This document shows positions 1 through 12,000 of a stretch of DNA of 64,000 bases, in pieces. Both the position numbers and the translations under genes were made by a program. Source of the stretch: Chiloscyllium plagiosum. Taxonomy: Eukaryota. The first letter of the stretch is position 1; every line of letters begins with the position of its first letter. A model generated the notes under the pieces. That model was not told the origin of the DNA. It worked only from the letters and a program-made list of their open reading frames with translations, and did not search any database. The stretch is from contig NC_057745.1 in NCBI RefSeq assembly GCF_004010195.1, positions 24,519,593 to 24,583,592 of the forward strand, written 5' to 3'.

Positions 1-343
1 TGACAGGACTTAAGTACAGTTAAATTATATTCCATGCAGATTTCCGGTTAATACAAACTATAACTATTGTGGATGTGATTACTTCTAAAACTCTGCCCTG
101 GCAATAATTATAGTGCCCTGAAGTCTGTTAGGTTTTAATAGCGAAAGGCAGAATGGATTGCTACAAGGTGGACTGTGTTATAAACAATCGGTACGTTATT
201 TAACGCTCTCCCTGTCATTGCAATGGAAATACTTGTCCACTCGAAGCGACTCAGTCTTGCATCCATGTGTAACAGATTCCATCTCCAACCTTGGCTAAGA
301 AAAGTCAAGGGGCGTAACATCAGAGGATAATAAACTTACTCAC

Positions 344-1045
344 ATGTCACTTCCTCCTAAACAGGTTAGATTATCAGGGCTCTATATGTGCATGCGGGTC
401 TGGCTCAGGCGACTGATTACTGAGCCAATACATTTCCTGTGACTTACATTTATTGCCACAGGACTGATAAACTACAGTCTGTTAACAGCACTGTGTAGCC
501 TCATCTTACTTTCAGAAACATGCTGAGAGCGAAATAAGATCAATTGTGTCCATTGATGTTCAGTTGCATCGCACCAGTTGATCAACGTGGCAATATTCTT
601 CCTCGTCAGTAAATAGGGACACGCGGGAAACTTCTTGAGGCACCCATTCTCAACGTGCTCTAGATAATAATCGTCAAGAAGTTTTGCATTTTACAGTTTT
701 TTTTCTCTCGCCAAGTTATCCGATAGGTCAGTTGTTATCGGAAGCTAAAGCACCTTTTGCATTCTCAGTACTCACTGTGACACGTCCTTTTACTGATAAC
801 GCTATGTACTGCCATCTAGGTACAGTAATTCACACACACATCTGGTGTTTGTCTTTCGATGTTTTTTCATGACAAGAATGTTTGAAAGGCTCCAGGAGGT
901 CCATAAGTTCACCGGGAAAACATATCTATCAGCCTAAGTACACACCGCTCAGAGAAGGCGTCATGGCATGTATAATATTGACGTATGACTCAGTGTAGAC
1001 AGGGTGCAAAGTCGTACCAAGGTGAACAAAGGGGCAGGTATAGAC
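344..1045 (-). pseudogene. Pseudo-exon region (one large exon, or two)
   Basis: Acceptor tgtatcag|GTC; reads VYTCPFVHLGTTLHPVYTESYVNIIHAM...ICFPGELMDLLEPF, then in another frame KLLDDYYLEHVENGCLKKFPACPYLLTRKNIATLINWCDATEHQWTQLILF...GGSD; donor AT|gtgagt at 343; several stops. Confidence 0.55.
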
Positions 1046-1507
1046 CTGATACAGTCAACCAGGTCAACGAATGTTGTTTAACGCAATTATAGAATTAGCT
1101 ATTAATAATTTTGATAATAATTAGGAGATAATAAAGAAAGGACAACAAGTCTAATCAGACTTTACCCACCTGAAGATAGTTATGAAGTATTTTAACGAGG
1201 TTCTGGTTCTGTTTGTTGACTGGCTTTGTGTTTGCATTTTCACATTATGAATCAAAGTACTGTATTTGGTAGATAACACAGGCTGTTAAAAGCAAGAAAA
1301 AGGTTATGGGGGTATGTGAGGGCAAGGGCATGGGTATGGTTATCTCTTAGTTAAAGCAGCATAGAAATATGGTTAAAGTCAGAGTCTAAAAACAACAGTT
1401 CAATTGACTTTTGAGAGCAATTGAGTTTTTATATATGATTCATACATAAACATATATAACTACAAATCACTCATGAATAGGTCTGTTGAACCAAAGATAT
1501 GGTTAAC

Positions 1508-1741
1508 CTTTCATGCTTTATATGGAATTACTACTGATGACACATGTGAACAGTAATGTTGGCAACCATTGGCAGAACAGGTTTTGTTAACAGAAGTTTT
1601 TTTTATCAGTAATATAGGCTGCAGAGGTATGTAGTTGTTACATGAAGCTGAAAGGACAGCCGAGAGTAAGGCAGTAAAGTGGGTTCTTGCTCTCATCATT
1701 ATGTCTGCTTGTAACAATTACATCAGTTCCACACGTGTCAG
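1508..1741 (-). pseudogene. Pseudo-exon (234 nt, phase 0-0)
   Basis: ttcttagtag|CTG; LTRVELM*LLQADIMMRARTHFTALLSAVL...; AAG|gttaac; length is a multiple of 3; two stops. Confidence 0.5.
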
Positions 1742-1984
1742 CTACTAAGAACATGTTTTTCTAATGGGGATTGATGGGCATTATCCAAAGTTTAATTTAG
1801 TTTTAAAAGTCCTTCTCCCCCTACCATCATGAGAAAAACAGCTGCTATTGCAGATTAGAGTCAGCACCCCTAGTGCTGAATGGGTTTTATTGACTGCCAA
1901 CAGAAGGCACAAAAACCTCATTCAAAAGAAATAATCATTAAGTTTTTGTAAGATTGATCCACCAGAAGAATGTATGATAAAGCT

Positions 1985-2195
1985 AAAGTTGCCACAATCC
2001 CACTGGACTACAGGCTGCTCTATCATTAGAGTGAGACAATTACTGGTGGTTTAAACTGACGGTCACATTACCTCAAACAGGAGGAGAGGTTGTGAGGAAG
2101 AGTTCTGCATGGTAACCTCAGTGCATACAGGACTTGAACCCATGTTGTTTTGTATCACACGGTGGTGCAAAACAGTCACTCAGCCAACTGAGCTT
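1985..2195 (-). mobile_element. Old tRNA-derived SINE
   Basis: Minus strand starts agctcagttggctg (A-box-like) and later has gggttcaagtcc (B box). Confidence 0.6.
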
Positions 2196-2429
2196 ATTAT
2201 AAGGCTAGATTTGCCACAAGCAAGAACACCAGATGACCCTCAAGGAATATAGCAGAGTAGCAAAAGCAAAGTGATAGAAACATAAAACTGGGATAGAATC
2301 TGCTATAAATCTCACAAACGTTTACATTTGAATGTAGAAGGCCTCTTTCAAAATCATGTTCAAAATATTTTGTTTTCCTAATATATTTTCAAAGACCAAA
2401 TAAATACAGTTCAACTAGATGGTATTATT

Positions 2430-2913
2430 TGCCTAGTTCCATTCTTAGCTGTCGAATTATGGAGAGATGATCACTAGGAATCATTTCTCTTCTTTCTCCA
2501 TCATCATTGTCTCTGGTGTTCCCCAAGCATCTATTCTTAATCCCCTCATATTTCTCATCTGTACCATCATCTGAAATCACACCTTTTGTATACGGTATTT
2601 GCAAATACTCAACTCTACCTCAACACTATCTTTCTTTTACTATGATAAAGTATCAGATTGTTGATCTAATGATCTGAGTGAATAAGCAGAAATTACACAC
2701 TAACTAAGTATTAGGAAGACTAAAGTCATTATTCTAACTTGCCTCTCGACACTTCATTCTGTGCCTACCAAATGCATCCATCTCCCTGTCAAACTGTCTG
2801 AGAATAAACAAAATTCTTTGCAACTAACTGTCATTTGATACCAAATGAGCTTCTCAGCACAGATTCAGGTATCACAATAACTGCTTATTGTCAGCTATTT
2901 AATATCACTAAGA
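2430..2913 (+). mobile_element. Old L2-like LINE fragment; appears to continue at ~4335-4420 with a tail at ~4825-4885
   Basis: Degenerate L2-type RT DNA (aactctacctc...ggaagactaaagtcatt) and an L2-type tail (gtgccttgggaca...taaaggtactacataaa). Confidence 0.45.
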
Positions 2914-4332
2914 TTGTGGAAAAGGATATGGAAGATATAGACTGTAGGGAAATAGATGGTGACATCTTGCAAAATGTCCAGATTACAGAGGAGGAAGTGC
3001 TGGATCTCTTGAAATGGATAAAGATGGAAATATCCCCAGGACCTGATCAGATGTACCCAAGAACTCTGTGGGAAGCTAGAGAAGTGATTGCTGGGCTTCC
3101 TACAGAGATATTTGTATCATCGATAGTCACAGGTGAAGTGCGGGAAGACTGGAGGTTGGCAAACGTGGTGCCACTGTTTAAGAAGGGTGGTAAGGACAAG
3201 CCAGGGAACTATAGACCAGTGAGCCTGACCTCGGTAGTGGGCAAGTTGTTGGAGGGAATCCTGAAGGACAGGATGTACATGTATTTGGAAAGGCAAGGAC
3301 TGATTCGGGATAGTCAACATGGCTTTGGGCATGGGAAATCATGTCTCACAAACTTGATTGAGTTTTTTGATGAAGTAACAAAGAAGATTGANNNNNNNNN
3401 NNNNNNNNNNNNNNNNNNNNNNNNNNNNNNNNNNNNNNNNNNNNNNNNNNNNNNNNNNNNNNNNNNNNNNNNNNNNNNNNNNNNNNNNNNNNNNNNNNNN
3501 NNNNNNNNNNNNNNNNNNNNNNNNNNNNNNNNNNNNNNNNNNNNNNNNNNNNNNNNNNNNNNNNNNNNNNNNNNNNNNNNNNNNNNNNNNNNNNNNNNNN
3601 NNNNNNNNNNNNNNNNNNNNNNNNNNNNNNNNNNNNNNNNNNNNNNNNNNNNNNNNNNNNNNNNNNNNNNNNNNNNNNNNNNNNNNNNNNNNNNNNNNNN
3701 NNNNNNNNNNNNNNNNNNNNNNNNNNNNNNNNNNNNNNNNNNNNNNNNNNNNNNNNNNNNNNNNNNNNNNNNNNNNNNNNNNNNNNNNNNNNNNNNNNNN
3801 NNNNNNNNNNNNNNNNNNNNNNNNNNNNNNNNNNNNNNNNNNNNNNNNNNNNNNNNNNNNNNNNNNNNNNNNNNNNNNNNNNNNNNNNNNNNNNNNNNNN
3901 NNNNNNNNNNNNNNNNNNNNNNNNNNNNNNNNNNNNNNNNNNNNNNNNNNNNNNNNNNNNNNNNNNNNNNNNNNNNNNNNNNNNNNNNNNNNNNNNNNNN
4001 NNNNNNNNNNNNNNNNNNGGTCGGGGAGTCCAGAACTAGAGGGCATAGGTTTAGGGTGAGAGGGGAAAGATATAAAAGAGACCTAAGGGGCAACTTTTTC
4101 ACGCAGAGGGTGGTACGTGTATGGAATGAGCTGCCAGAGGGTGTGGTGGAGGTTGATACAATTGCAACATTTAAGAAGCATTTGGATAGGTATATGAATA
4201 GGAAGGGTTTGCAGGAAATGGGCTGTGTGCTGGCAGGTGGGACTAGATTGGGTTGGGATATCTGGTCGGCATGGACAGGTTGGACCGAAGGGTCTGTTTC
4301 CATGCTGTACATTTCTATGACTCAATGACTCT
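2914..4332 (+). mobile_element. CR1 LINE, 5'-truncated ORF2 plus 3' UTR, with assembly gap 3392-4018
   Basis: ORF reads SPGPDQMYPRTL...PGNYRPVSLTSVVGKLLE...QHGF...SCLTNLIEFF and ends ESRTRGH...FFTQRVV; (ctatgact)-type tail. Same family as 45597-48611. Confidence 0.93.
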
Positions 4333-5096
4333 ATTTGTTCCTGCTTCACATAATCTACAGGTGAAAACTTTAATCATCATTTTGTTCACTCTAGACTTGT
4401 TTATTGCAATGTATTTCTGGCTGATCTCCCATATTCAGACCACCATTTTTAATTTATTTATAAGATGTGAACATCACAATGTTTATTTCTCAACTCTCAT
4501 TGCAGTTTAGAAGCAAGTAGTGAGCTGCCTTCTTGAATCATTACAGTTGATTTGCCGTAGGTCGGGCCACAATGCCATTAAGGAGAGAGTTCTAGTATCC
4601 ATATTTACTAAATGAACAGTGACATATTTCTAAGTTAGGAGAGTTCTAAGAGTGGCTTGGAAGGGAAACAGTACCTGGTGTCCTTGTTCTTCTAGATTTG
4701 GAAAGTCTCAGGAGCCTTGGAAAATTTCTACAGTGCATCTTGTAGATGGCACATATTGCCCATTACATTTGAAAATTTGATCTAATTTCTCCTTATTTGC
4801 TATTATATTTTGTTTCATATTTTTCCTGTGTGTGCCTTGGGACATTTATTACTTTAAAGGTACTACATAAACACAAGTTATTGTCGTGTCATCTTTTAGC
4901 ATTTTCTTTGAAGTAAATAACTATTTGCCATCAATGCAAAATATCAGCAACTGAGTATATCACTGTTAATCCTGAATCATCCTGATAGCTTATCTAATAT
5001 GCCAATCATGGATAAAATGCAATATCTAAATGAATAGTGCATTTCTCACAAACTGCAGTTTGATACATTAATTCCCCTGATATATGAAAGTGGCAA

Positions 5097-5430
5097 GAAC
5101 ATAAGAAATAGGAACATGAAAACGTCATTCAACGTTTCAATCCTGCTTGCTCTATTCAGTCAGCTCATGGCTGGTCTTAATATTGTCCACTCCCCTGCTT
5201 GATCCTCATAAATCTTGATTCTCCTTTAGCTCAACAATCTGACTATCTCAGTTTTCAATATATTCAATGACTAAGCATCTACAGATCTCTGAAATAGAAA
5301 ATTTGAAAGATTTATGACTGTCTGAGAGAACAACTTCCTTCTCATCTTTATGTTAAATTATTCTAAAATTCTGCCTTCCTAGTTCTAGAGTCCTCCTCTG
5401 GAGAAAACATGCTTTCAATATCTGTCAAGC
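5097..5430 (-). mobile_element. Old CR1 3' fragment
   Basis: gaacataagaaatagga terminal motif followed by degenerate CR1 3' sequence. Confidence 0.6.
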
Positions 5431-5449
5431 CCTACATTTAATTAGTTCA

Positions 5450-5542
5450 TGGATTAGTGGTGCTGGAAGAGCACAGCAGTTCAGGCAGCATCCAAGGAGC
5501 TTCGAAATCGACGTTTCGGGCAAAAGAGTTTTTACCTCGTTG
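5450..5542 (-). mobile_element. Penelope-derived short repeat (family C), truncated in hammerhead loop II, with a small inverted end piece
   Basis: Matches the 18393 and 21950 repeats; TSD atttaa(t/c)tagttca at 5436-5449 and 5543-5556. Confidence 0.75.
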
Positions 5543-5604
5543 ATTTAACTAGTTCAGTCCACAGATGCGATAAGTTGTTCTGCTCCGATATCAAACTGTT
5601 AGGA

Positions 5605-5715
5605 GGTTCTTGTGGTGCAGTGGTAGCATCCCTACATCTGACCTAGGATGCCCAGATCAATGTCCCACATGCTCCAGAAGTGTATAATAACATTTCTGAA
5701 TTGGTTGATCAGGAA
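5605..5715 (+). mobile_element. Short tRNA-derived SINE; same family at ~40105-40220 and ~44930-45275
   Basis: gtggtgcagtggtag A box, degenerate B box, shared tail tgctccagag...tctgaacaggttgattag. Confidence 0.65.
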
Positions 5716-5856
5716 GAGCCAAGTCTGTCTCTCTGTCTCTCTCTCTCTCTCTAACTCTCTTCAAACCATTAGGCATAGATAAGATACTGGTTTAATAATC
5801 AAAGTTAACCTGATGGAGTCAAAATGTTCCTGTTTTGCTTTGTTTTTATGTTTTAC

Positions 5857-6015
5857 CATAATTATGTTCAAACAAGGTTCAATGACTTCTCTGGCTTTTG
5901 GCACTCTAAGTTCTCAGACATTTTCAGTCCTGGCGGGTAGGAAGTGTGAGAGAAGAGAAGCAGGATTTACATCCAGCAAGGTCCAATACACTTTGCGAAC
6001 AGCTAATATTGCTGT
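5857..6015 (-). pseudogene. Pseudo-exon (159 nt, phase 0-0)
   Basis: Strong acceptor (T-rich tract ...cttgtaatag|ACA); TAILAVRKVYWTLLDVNPASLLSHFLPARTENV*ELRVPKAREVIEPCLNIIM; donor ATG|gtaaaa. Confidence 0.7.
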
Positions 6016-6204
6016 CTATTACAAGAAAAAACAAAATCTGCATGAGGAATGCATCCCAACTGTTGATTAGACTAAAATATGAGATAGACTTTAGTATATT
6101 CTTGGAATTTTGAACAAAGATTATTGTAAATATTTGATCATGACCTTCTGGTTCATTTAGCCCATTTCACACATTAGTGATATCACAAGATATCACTATT
6201 ACAT

Positions 6205-6647
6205 ATCATAAGATGTAAATTCTCCTGCCAAAAAATAGTAACAAAAGTACTGGTCAGCGTGGGGTAGAATATGTGGGGCATTCCTCCCATACTCATCCAG
6301 ATGATCAAACTAGTCCAAGTGATCTCTCTGTCCATAATTTCCTGAAGTGTGTATGTTTTCTAAGAGTGAATGTCTATACAAACCAAGAACAGGTCCAGAA
6401 GTTGCATGAAGGAATAGGCTTTCATTGCATAACAGATCACCTTGTTCCTGAGGTCCAATGTTATTCTTGTAAAAAGGCACTTACTACATTAAACATAGAT
6501 CTTTTCTTCTGCAACTACAACTCTGGTTCTTCGTAACATGTTTGGGGAAACAAATTGCCAGCTAGAATGCAATATATTCTTAGTATCATCTTCGAGATCT
6601 CAATCAGATTACTTTGCATCTAGCCAACTCTTTTAGGCTGGGACGTT
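6205..6647 (-). pseudogene. Pseudo-exon, 3' boundary uncertain
   Basis: ctaactaaactgcag|A; TSQPKRVG*MQSNLIEISKMILRIYCILAGNLFPQTCYEEPEL*LQKKRSMFNVVSAFL; phase matches the preceding block. Confidence 0.45.
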
Positions 6648-7189
6648 CTGCAGTTTAGTTAGTGGAAATTACAAAGGACTCACCTTCAAACCTAAAATGT
6701 GGGTAGTGCATGGAATACCCACCCCCACTAGCTTAATCCAATATTGGCTCAGAAGCCATGTTATTATTTGACTGAGTTGCCAGTGTATATTATGCTTCAA
6801 TGGGGATCTTGTCTATTTTCTTAAGTTTATCATCTTACATTTAAGTCTGTTTTTCATAGAGTGCTAATAAATTAATGGAGCAAATGGAAAAATTTTAAAA
6901 TACTTCTAAATTATTCAATAATTTTCCATTTCCATAAGAGACTGCTTCCATGCTGTCCGTTTGTCTGACTCTATGCCTCTATTTTCAGAGCTTCTGTTTT
7001 CCTTGTTACTAATTCTATGCCTGGTTTTTTTTTATTGTTGATTTCTGAATCACATCTATTACCTGTATTGTTAAATAATATTCCCTTCCTTCACCCCTTT
7101 CTTCTGGAGGACAATAATTTACCCTGTCACGAAAATTAGTCCAGGATTTATTGATTTGATTCTCGTTCATTTTTACTTTTCCTGAGAAG

Positions 7190-7858
7190 TCAGAGGTAGG
7201 TAGATAGGATAGTGAAGAAGACGTTTGGTATGCTTGTCTTTACTGATCAGTGATTTGAGTACAAGAGTTTGGAGGTCATGTTGTGACTGTATAGGACAGT
7301 GGTGAGGCCACTTTTGGAATACTTCATGCAATTCTGGTATCCCTGCTGTAGGAATGATGTTGTGAAACTTGAAAGGATTCAGAAAAGATTCACAAGAATA
7401 TTGACAAGTTTGGAAGGTTTGAGCTATAGGGACAAGCTGAATAGGCTGGGACTATTTTCCCTAGAGTGTCGGAGGTTGTGGGATGACCTTATAAAGGTTT
7501 ATACAATCATGAGGGGCATGGATAGGGTAAATAAACAAGATCTTTTGGGTGGGGAGTCCAAAACTAGAAGGCACAGGTTTAAGGTGAGAGGGGAAAGATT
7601 TAGAACGGATCTAAGGGGCAAGGTTGTCATGCAGAGGGTGGTGCATGTATGGAATGAGCTGCCCGAGGAAGTGGTAGAGGCTGGTACAATTACAACATTT
7701 TAAAAGCATCTAGTTGGGTATATGAATAGGTCGTGTTTAGAGGGATATGGGCCAAATGCTGGCAAATAGGACTAGATTTATTTAGGATATATGGTTGGCA
7801 TGGATGAGTTGGACAGAAGAGACTGCTTCCATGTTGTACGTTTCTATGACTCTATGCC
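7190..7858 (+). mobile_element. CR1 LINE 3' fragment
   Basis: ORF VRPLLEY...LERIQKRFTR...SKTRRHRFKV; ctatgactctatg tail. Confidence 0.9.
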
Positions 7859-7877
7859 TCTATTTTCAGAGCTTCAC

Positions 7878-8393
7878 CTATTATAGTCGTAGTGCAGAGT
7901 AAGCCAAAACAGTTGAGATAAAACATGCCAAGCTTTGTAACTAATTTTCCTGGGAGAACATTTGCTGAACAGCTCAGTACAAGGATATGATGACATGGTC
8001 TGTTTCCAACTAAGGAGACTCAAAGCATAGCAAAGATCCTTAATTTTCTCCTTCTTTCAACTTTCTCTTCCCTCAAAGAAATTTGTACAAGATTGGAATC
8101 TTCTGGTCTAATCTTGAAGGACTTGAAGTCATGCCTTTCTATATCTTATGGGGTGAAGAGATTCTGAATTGAGTTCTGAAAAAATGTTTTAGTTTAGGTG
8201 GCTGAGCTATATGTTGATGAGACCTGCTAATGACCGTTCCATGACTTTTTAAGGAATACATATAAAAGGGAATTGTTGGCACAATATCAAGGCCCACACA
8301 TCTATTCCATTCTGGACCAAAGTTCAGAATGGTAAAGAGTAATTAGCAGGAGTAAAGTGGAAAGAGATATCCCATAGTATTGCAGTTTGTGAA
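7878..8393 (-). pseudogene. Pseudo-exon (~516 nt, frameshifted)
   Basis: ttgttctccatacag| acceptor; MGYLFPLYSC*LLFTILNFGPEWNRCVGLDIVPTIPFYMY ... KEKIKDLCYALSLLSW...SYKAWHVLSQLFWLTLHYDYN; AG|gtgaag donor. Confidence 0.5.
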
Positions 8394-8629
8394 CTGTATG
8401 GAGAACAATTATAGGTTTCTAGGATTTAGGATTATGAGAACAAGAGTAGCATGTCCATCCTCTCATGTAAATTAGATCTCCCTTCCATTTAACAACTTTG
8501 ATCCATGCCTCTTGAGATACTACTTACTTTATAAAAATGTGACAATTTCAGTTTTGAAGACTTCAATTGACCAGGCATCCAGTATGTTAGCTACATTAGT
8601 AGAACAGACATGTACATAATTTATCTCAC

Positions 8630-8783
8630 ATGAACTGAAAGCTAAGTGACTTGATTGCAGGTACCATGCTGTTGAGACATAGTACAATTGATACTTCATG
8701 AACTGGTCACAATAAGAATTTAACAAAAGGCTTTCTACACCAGTGAAGTTTGACCCTTGTATCTCCTTCATAAGTGGGCTAAC
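8630..8783 (-). pseudogene. Pseudo-exon (154 nt, open frame)
   Basis: gattcacag|GTT; VSPLMKEIQGSNFTGVESLLLNSYCDQFMKYQLYYVSTAWYLQSSHLAFSS; T|gtgaga. Confidence 0.55.
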
Positions 8784-9117
8784 CTGTGAATCATTATTGA
8801 ATCATTTTCATCTTTCCTACTCATCTGGTCCATTTTGTAAAACATTTTTCCATATATATTTACTCTTTTGAATATACGTATTAAATTTCTTCTTCTGTTC
8901 TTTGTCTGAATGTAAGTCTAACCCACAGTGTCAAAACAGAACACAGTGATGGGTCATCAATCTACCTCAGCCAGAACGGAGATCAGACCACATTCTCTTG
9001 ACACCAGCTTGATCCGACTGTCCAACACCCAAGATTGGTGAGTTGCTGTGACACATGCATGTTGTACATTGGAGCAACAAATGGTGATGATAGAAGTTCC
9101 AAATTTCCTTATATTAC

Positions 9118-9295
9118 ATTCTATTGTTCAGGAATCTCTCCTAGGTAGACCACCAATGATGCATGAAAGAAGGATTTGCAGATTGCTGCTCAAACTTGTT
9201 CAATTGCATTATCAACACACCTTCCTTGGTTATCAAGTCTTGATGTCGGATGTGATCCCACAGCATCTGGTTCACAGGTAGTGGTGCTACTCAAT
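9118..9295 (-). pseudogene. Pseudo-exon (may extend to ~9050)
   Basis: cttgtggcag|AT; *VAPLPVNQMLWDHIRHQDLITKEGVLIMQLNKFEQQSANPSFMHHWWST*ERFLNNR. Confidence 0.6.
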
Positions 9296-10755
9296 CTGCC
9301 ACAAGACCATGTACTTATTTTAAATTTGCTTTTCACTATTTTTAATTGCTGTTCTCCACTCCTACTTTCTTGTTTCCTGGATTATTCTGGATTTAATTAT
9401 ATCATTTAAAATCATAAATAACTGCACAGTCCTTCACAATTAACATGAATTTATCTTTCTTTTTGTCATAATTCACATCAGCTTCACATTTAATATGTTA
9501 CGTTGCTCTTCTCCGTGTTCTTTCCAAAGCATACATTGAATATCTTTTATGTGACATGGTATTCAGAACTGAACACTGTACTTCAGATGTGCCCTGATCA
9601 TTGTTAAACCTTACAGTGGATTTGCACTGCCCTTCAGTATTACTGCAAAGTGCTTTCCACTTTACATCAAAGCTAAAGATACAGTACAAAACTGAAGTAG
9701 AGCTTAATCACCAGTCAGGCAACATCAATGTGTGCCCCTTAGCTGGAAGTCATTTCACATTTTTCAAGTTTGGCATTGAATAGAATTGTGGTCCAATGTA
9801 ATGTTCATCTTGACTTAAGATGTATATATGACAGTGGTCCTTTGGTGCCAAGAACACCTTATAACAATCCAGAGTTGATGAAGAATTGTATGGCTCAGCC
9901 CTCAAATCTTGCCTATGTCCTGGCATATGCAAGGTCCCATATGGACAGAGAACTGGGACCTCCTAATGTTGAGAGATTCCATTCCTGCCAGCCTACCTCC
10001 CTCCCCAGTCCACCACAGCAGTTGTAGATTATAAAATAGGGGAGAGACTCAAACACTTACATGACTGAGTAGGAGTTTCTAGATCAGATTTGGAGTTAAT
10101 ATATCTTGATCTTGGTCTCATTCCAAAATATTGCCTTGGATTTCCTTTGGAATGTATTTAGTTCAGTGTGTTCATATCCATCTCCTCAAAACCTCAGCCA
10201 TTGTTACTTAATTGCCTTCAAAAATACAATTTCACAAATTTCTCCTCATTCTTCTTTAACATCCTCAAGTGTATCATATCAGGGCCACATCCAAAGTAAA
10301 TCATGCAACTTTGTGATCCTGGCCTTGACAATAGACAGTTTAAATCCTTTATTCTTTTGTGGAATGGAGGTGTCACTGGTAAGGCCAGTATTTGTTGCCT
10401 GTCCCTATCTGTCTTGACCTCAGTGGCTTTCTAGGCTATATCGGAGGGCAGTTCAGAGTCAAACACATTGCTGTGAACCTGTAGCCACATGTCCAGGAAA
10501 GATTTCCTTCCCTAAAGGACATTAGAATATTTTTTCACAATGTTATCAACATGCTTTCTAATGAATCCAATTATAGTATCTTCACTGACTATGTAGACTT
10601 TTCTTTTCTCTTTAACTTTTCCATCACTTTAAGAACTTCGAATTGACCTCCAACAACTTTAACTATTGAGATACTGAAGAACGTTTTTTGTGTAACTGAT
10701 CCATTTCATGAATCTTTTTGCTGCAAAACTACATTTCAAAACCTATTATAACTAA

Positions 10756-10970
10756 GTTAAAAATCACACAACACCAAGTTATAGTCCAACAGGTTTAATT
10801 GGAAGCACACTAGCTTTCGGAGCGACGCTCCTTCATCAGGTGATTGTGATGAAGGAGCGTCGCTCCGAAAGCTAGTGTGCTTCCAATTAAACCTGTTGGA
10901 CTATAACCTGGTGTTGTGTGATTTTTAACTTTGTACACCCCAGTCCAACACCGGCATCTCCGAATCATGA
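10756..10970. mobile_element. Penelope pseudo-LTR (pLTR) fold-back insertion (family A)
   Basis: ~85-bp arms (10754-10838 and 10847-10931, one mismatch) around an 8-nt loop; 13-bp TSD ctattataactaa (10743-10755 and 10971-10983); matches the leader of the Penelope ORF at 63717. Confidence 0.9.
10807..10842 (-). ncRNA. Minimal hammerhead ribozyme motif, intact core
   Basis: Minus strand CAC CUGAUGA A GGAGC GUC GCUCC GAA AGCU A/GUG: helix I CAC/GUG, 5-bp stem II, palindromic AGCU helix III. Confidence 0.8.
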
Positions 10971-11704
10971 CTATTATAACTAATTTATTTACCTTTTCCA
11001 AAGGCCCTCTTTCCTCATTTTTCAGGAGCTTTGAATTCATTTCTAATTTCATTTTAATTGACCTATTGTCATATTAAAAGAACAATTGTTTTATGATGTT
11101 TCATAACTTGCATTGTCTATTCAATAACTGAATTAAACTATATGTTATTTCACCTCAATACATATTCTGAGTTTATTTCTTTTTCAGATTGTAACTCATT
11201 TTAAAATCTTGTTTTTTTAATCTGTGAGCTATAGAATCTCGAATGATGTATGATGTTCTAAGAGGCAAAGGACCACCATTGTATATACATCTTAAATCAA
11301 GACAAACATCACACTGGACTTAGACTTTTCTTTTAATAATTTAGACGTTTTAAAAAATTTAAAATTAATCAAATTGTGGTTAGTAGTCCATAAAGGGTGT
11401 CACTATGACCATATCATGGATACAACTTTCTCCCTGTAGAGTTTTCAATACAATAATTTTTTTAAAAATCTGTCTTTGCATTCACTAGTTCGCATTCTGA
11501 TGTTTTACTTCGAATTGCCTTCCCAAATTATATTGAGTTGAATAAGATCACTTACTGGCATACCTTGCCATCTGTTCATTGTCTTCATGTTTGAAGAGAC
11601 TGAATATTGTTGTATTACTTATAACTCTTTATTCCTATCTACTTAGCTCCCCAATAAGAGCTTAGAGATTTTGGTTTTGCCTTAACGTACTGTCACAATC
11701 TTTC

Positions 11705-12000
11705 TTGCTGTGGTTTTGTGGGTAATGTGCTCTTCTCTTGGTCAGCGATTAGTTTATTCAATCCTGCTCCAAAGACAGGAGCACAAATCCATTTGGATAC
11801 CTCAGTGAGGTACACTGTTGGAGGTGTAATCTTTCAAATGAATATTGAACCTATTTGCCCTGCCAGGTGGTGAGCAGCAATGTTTTCCATGGTATCCCAG
11901 ACAGTATTTAAGCCTCAGTATGTAAGTCAACAACAGTCTGTCAAGTCACTATTTCATTGTAATTTCTGAGATCATGCTGTATACAATCTGACCTACCCCT
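11705..12000 (+). mobile_element. Old SacSINE1/DeuSINE-like SINE
   Basis: Degenerate Deu-domain-like text (cactgttggaggtg...tctttc...gccctgccaggtgg), recalled from the SacSINE1 consensus. Confidence 0.55.

Noticed and set aside
3314-4312. Long ORFs of 223-497 aa in the ORF track
   Set aside because: They are inflated by N runs (3392-4018; the same happens at 34981-35079 and 48244-48350). Only the CR1 frame is real.
5536-5595. Extra pseudo-exon with a GAG|gtaaaa donor
   Set aside because: The donor comes from the inverted end of the Penelope repeat that lies inside the TSD.
9132-9277. Plus-strand exon (ttcag|GAA...CAG|gtagtg)
   Set aside because: No other plus-strand exons chain with it, and the minus-strand reading fits the gene model better.
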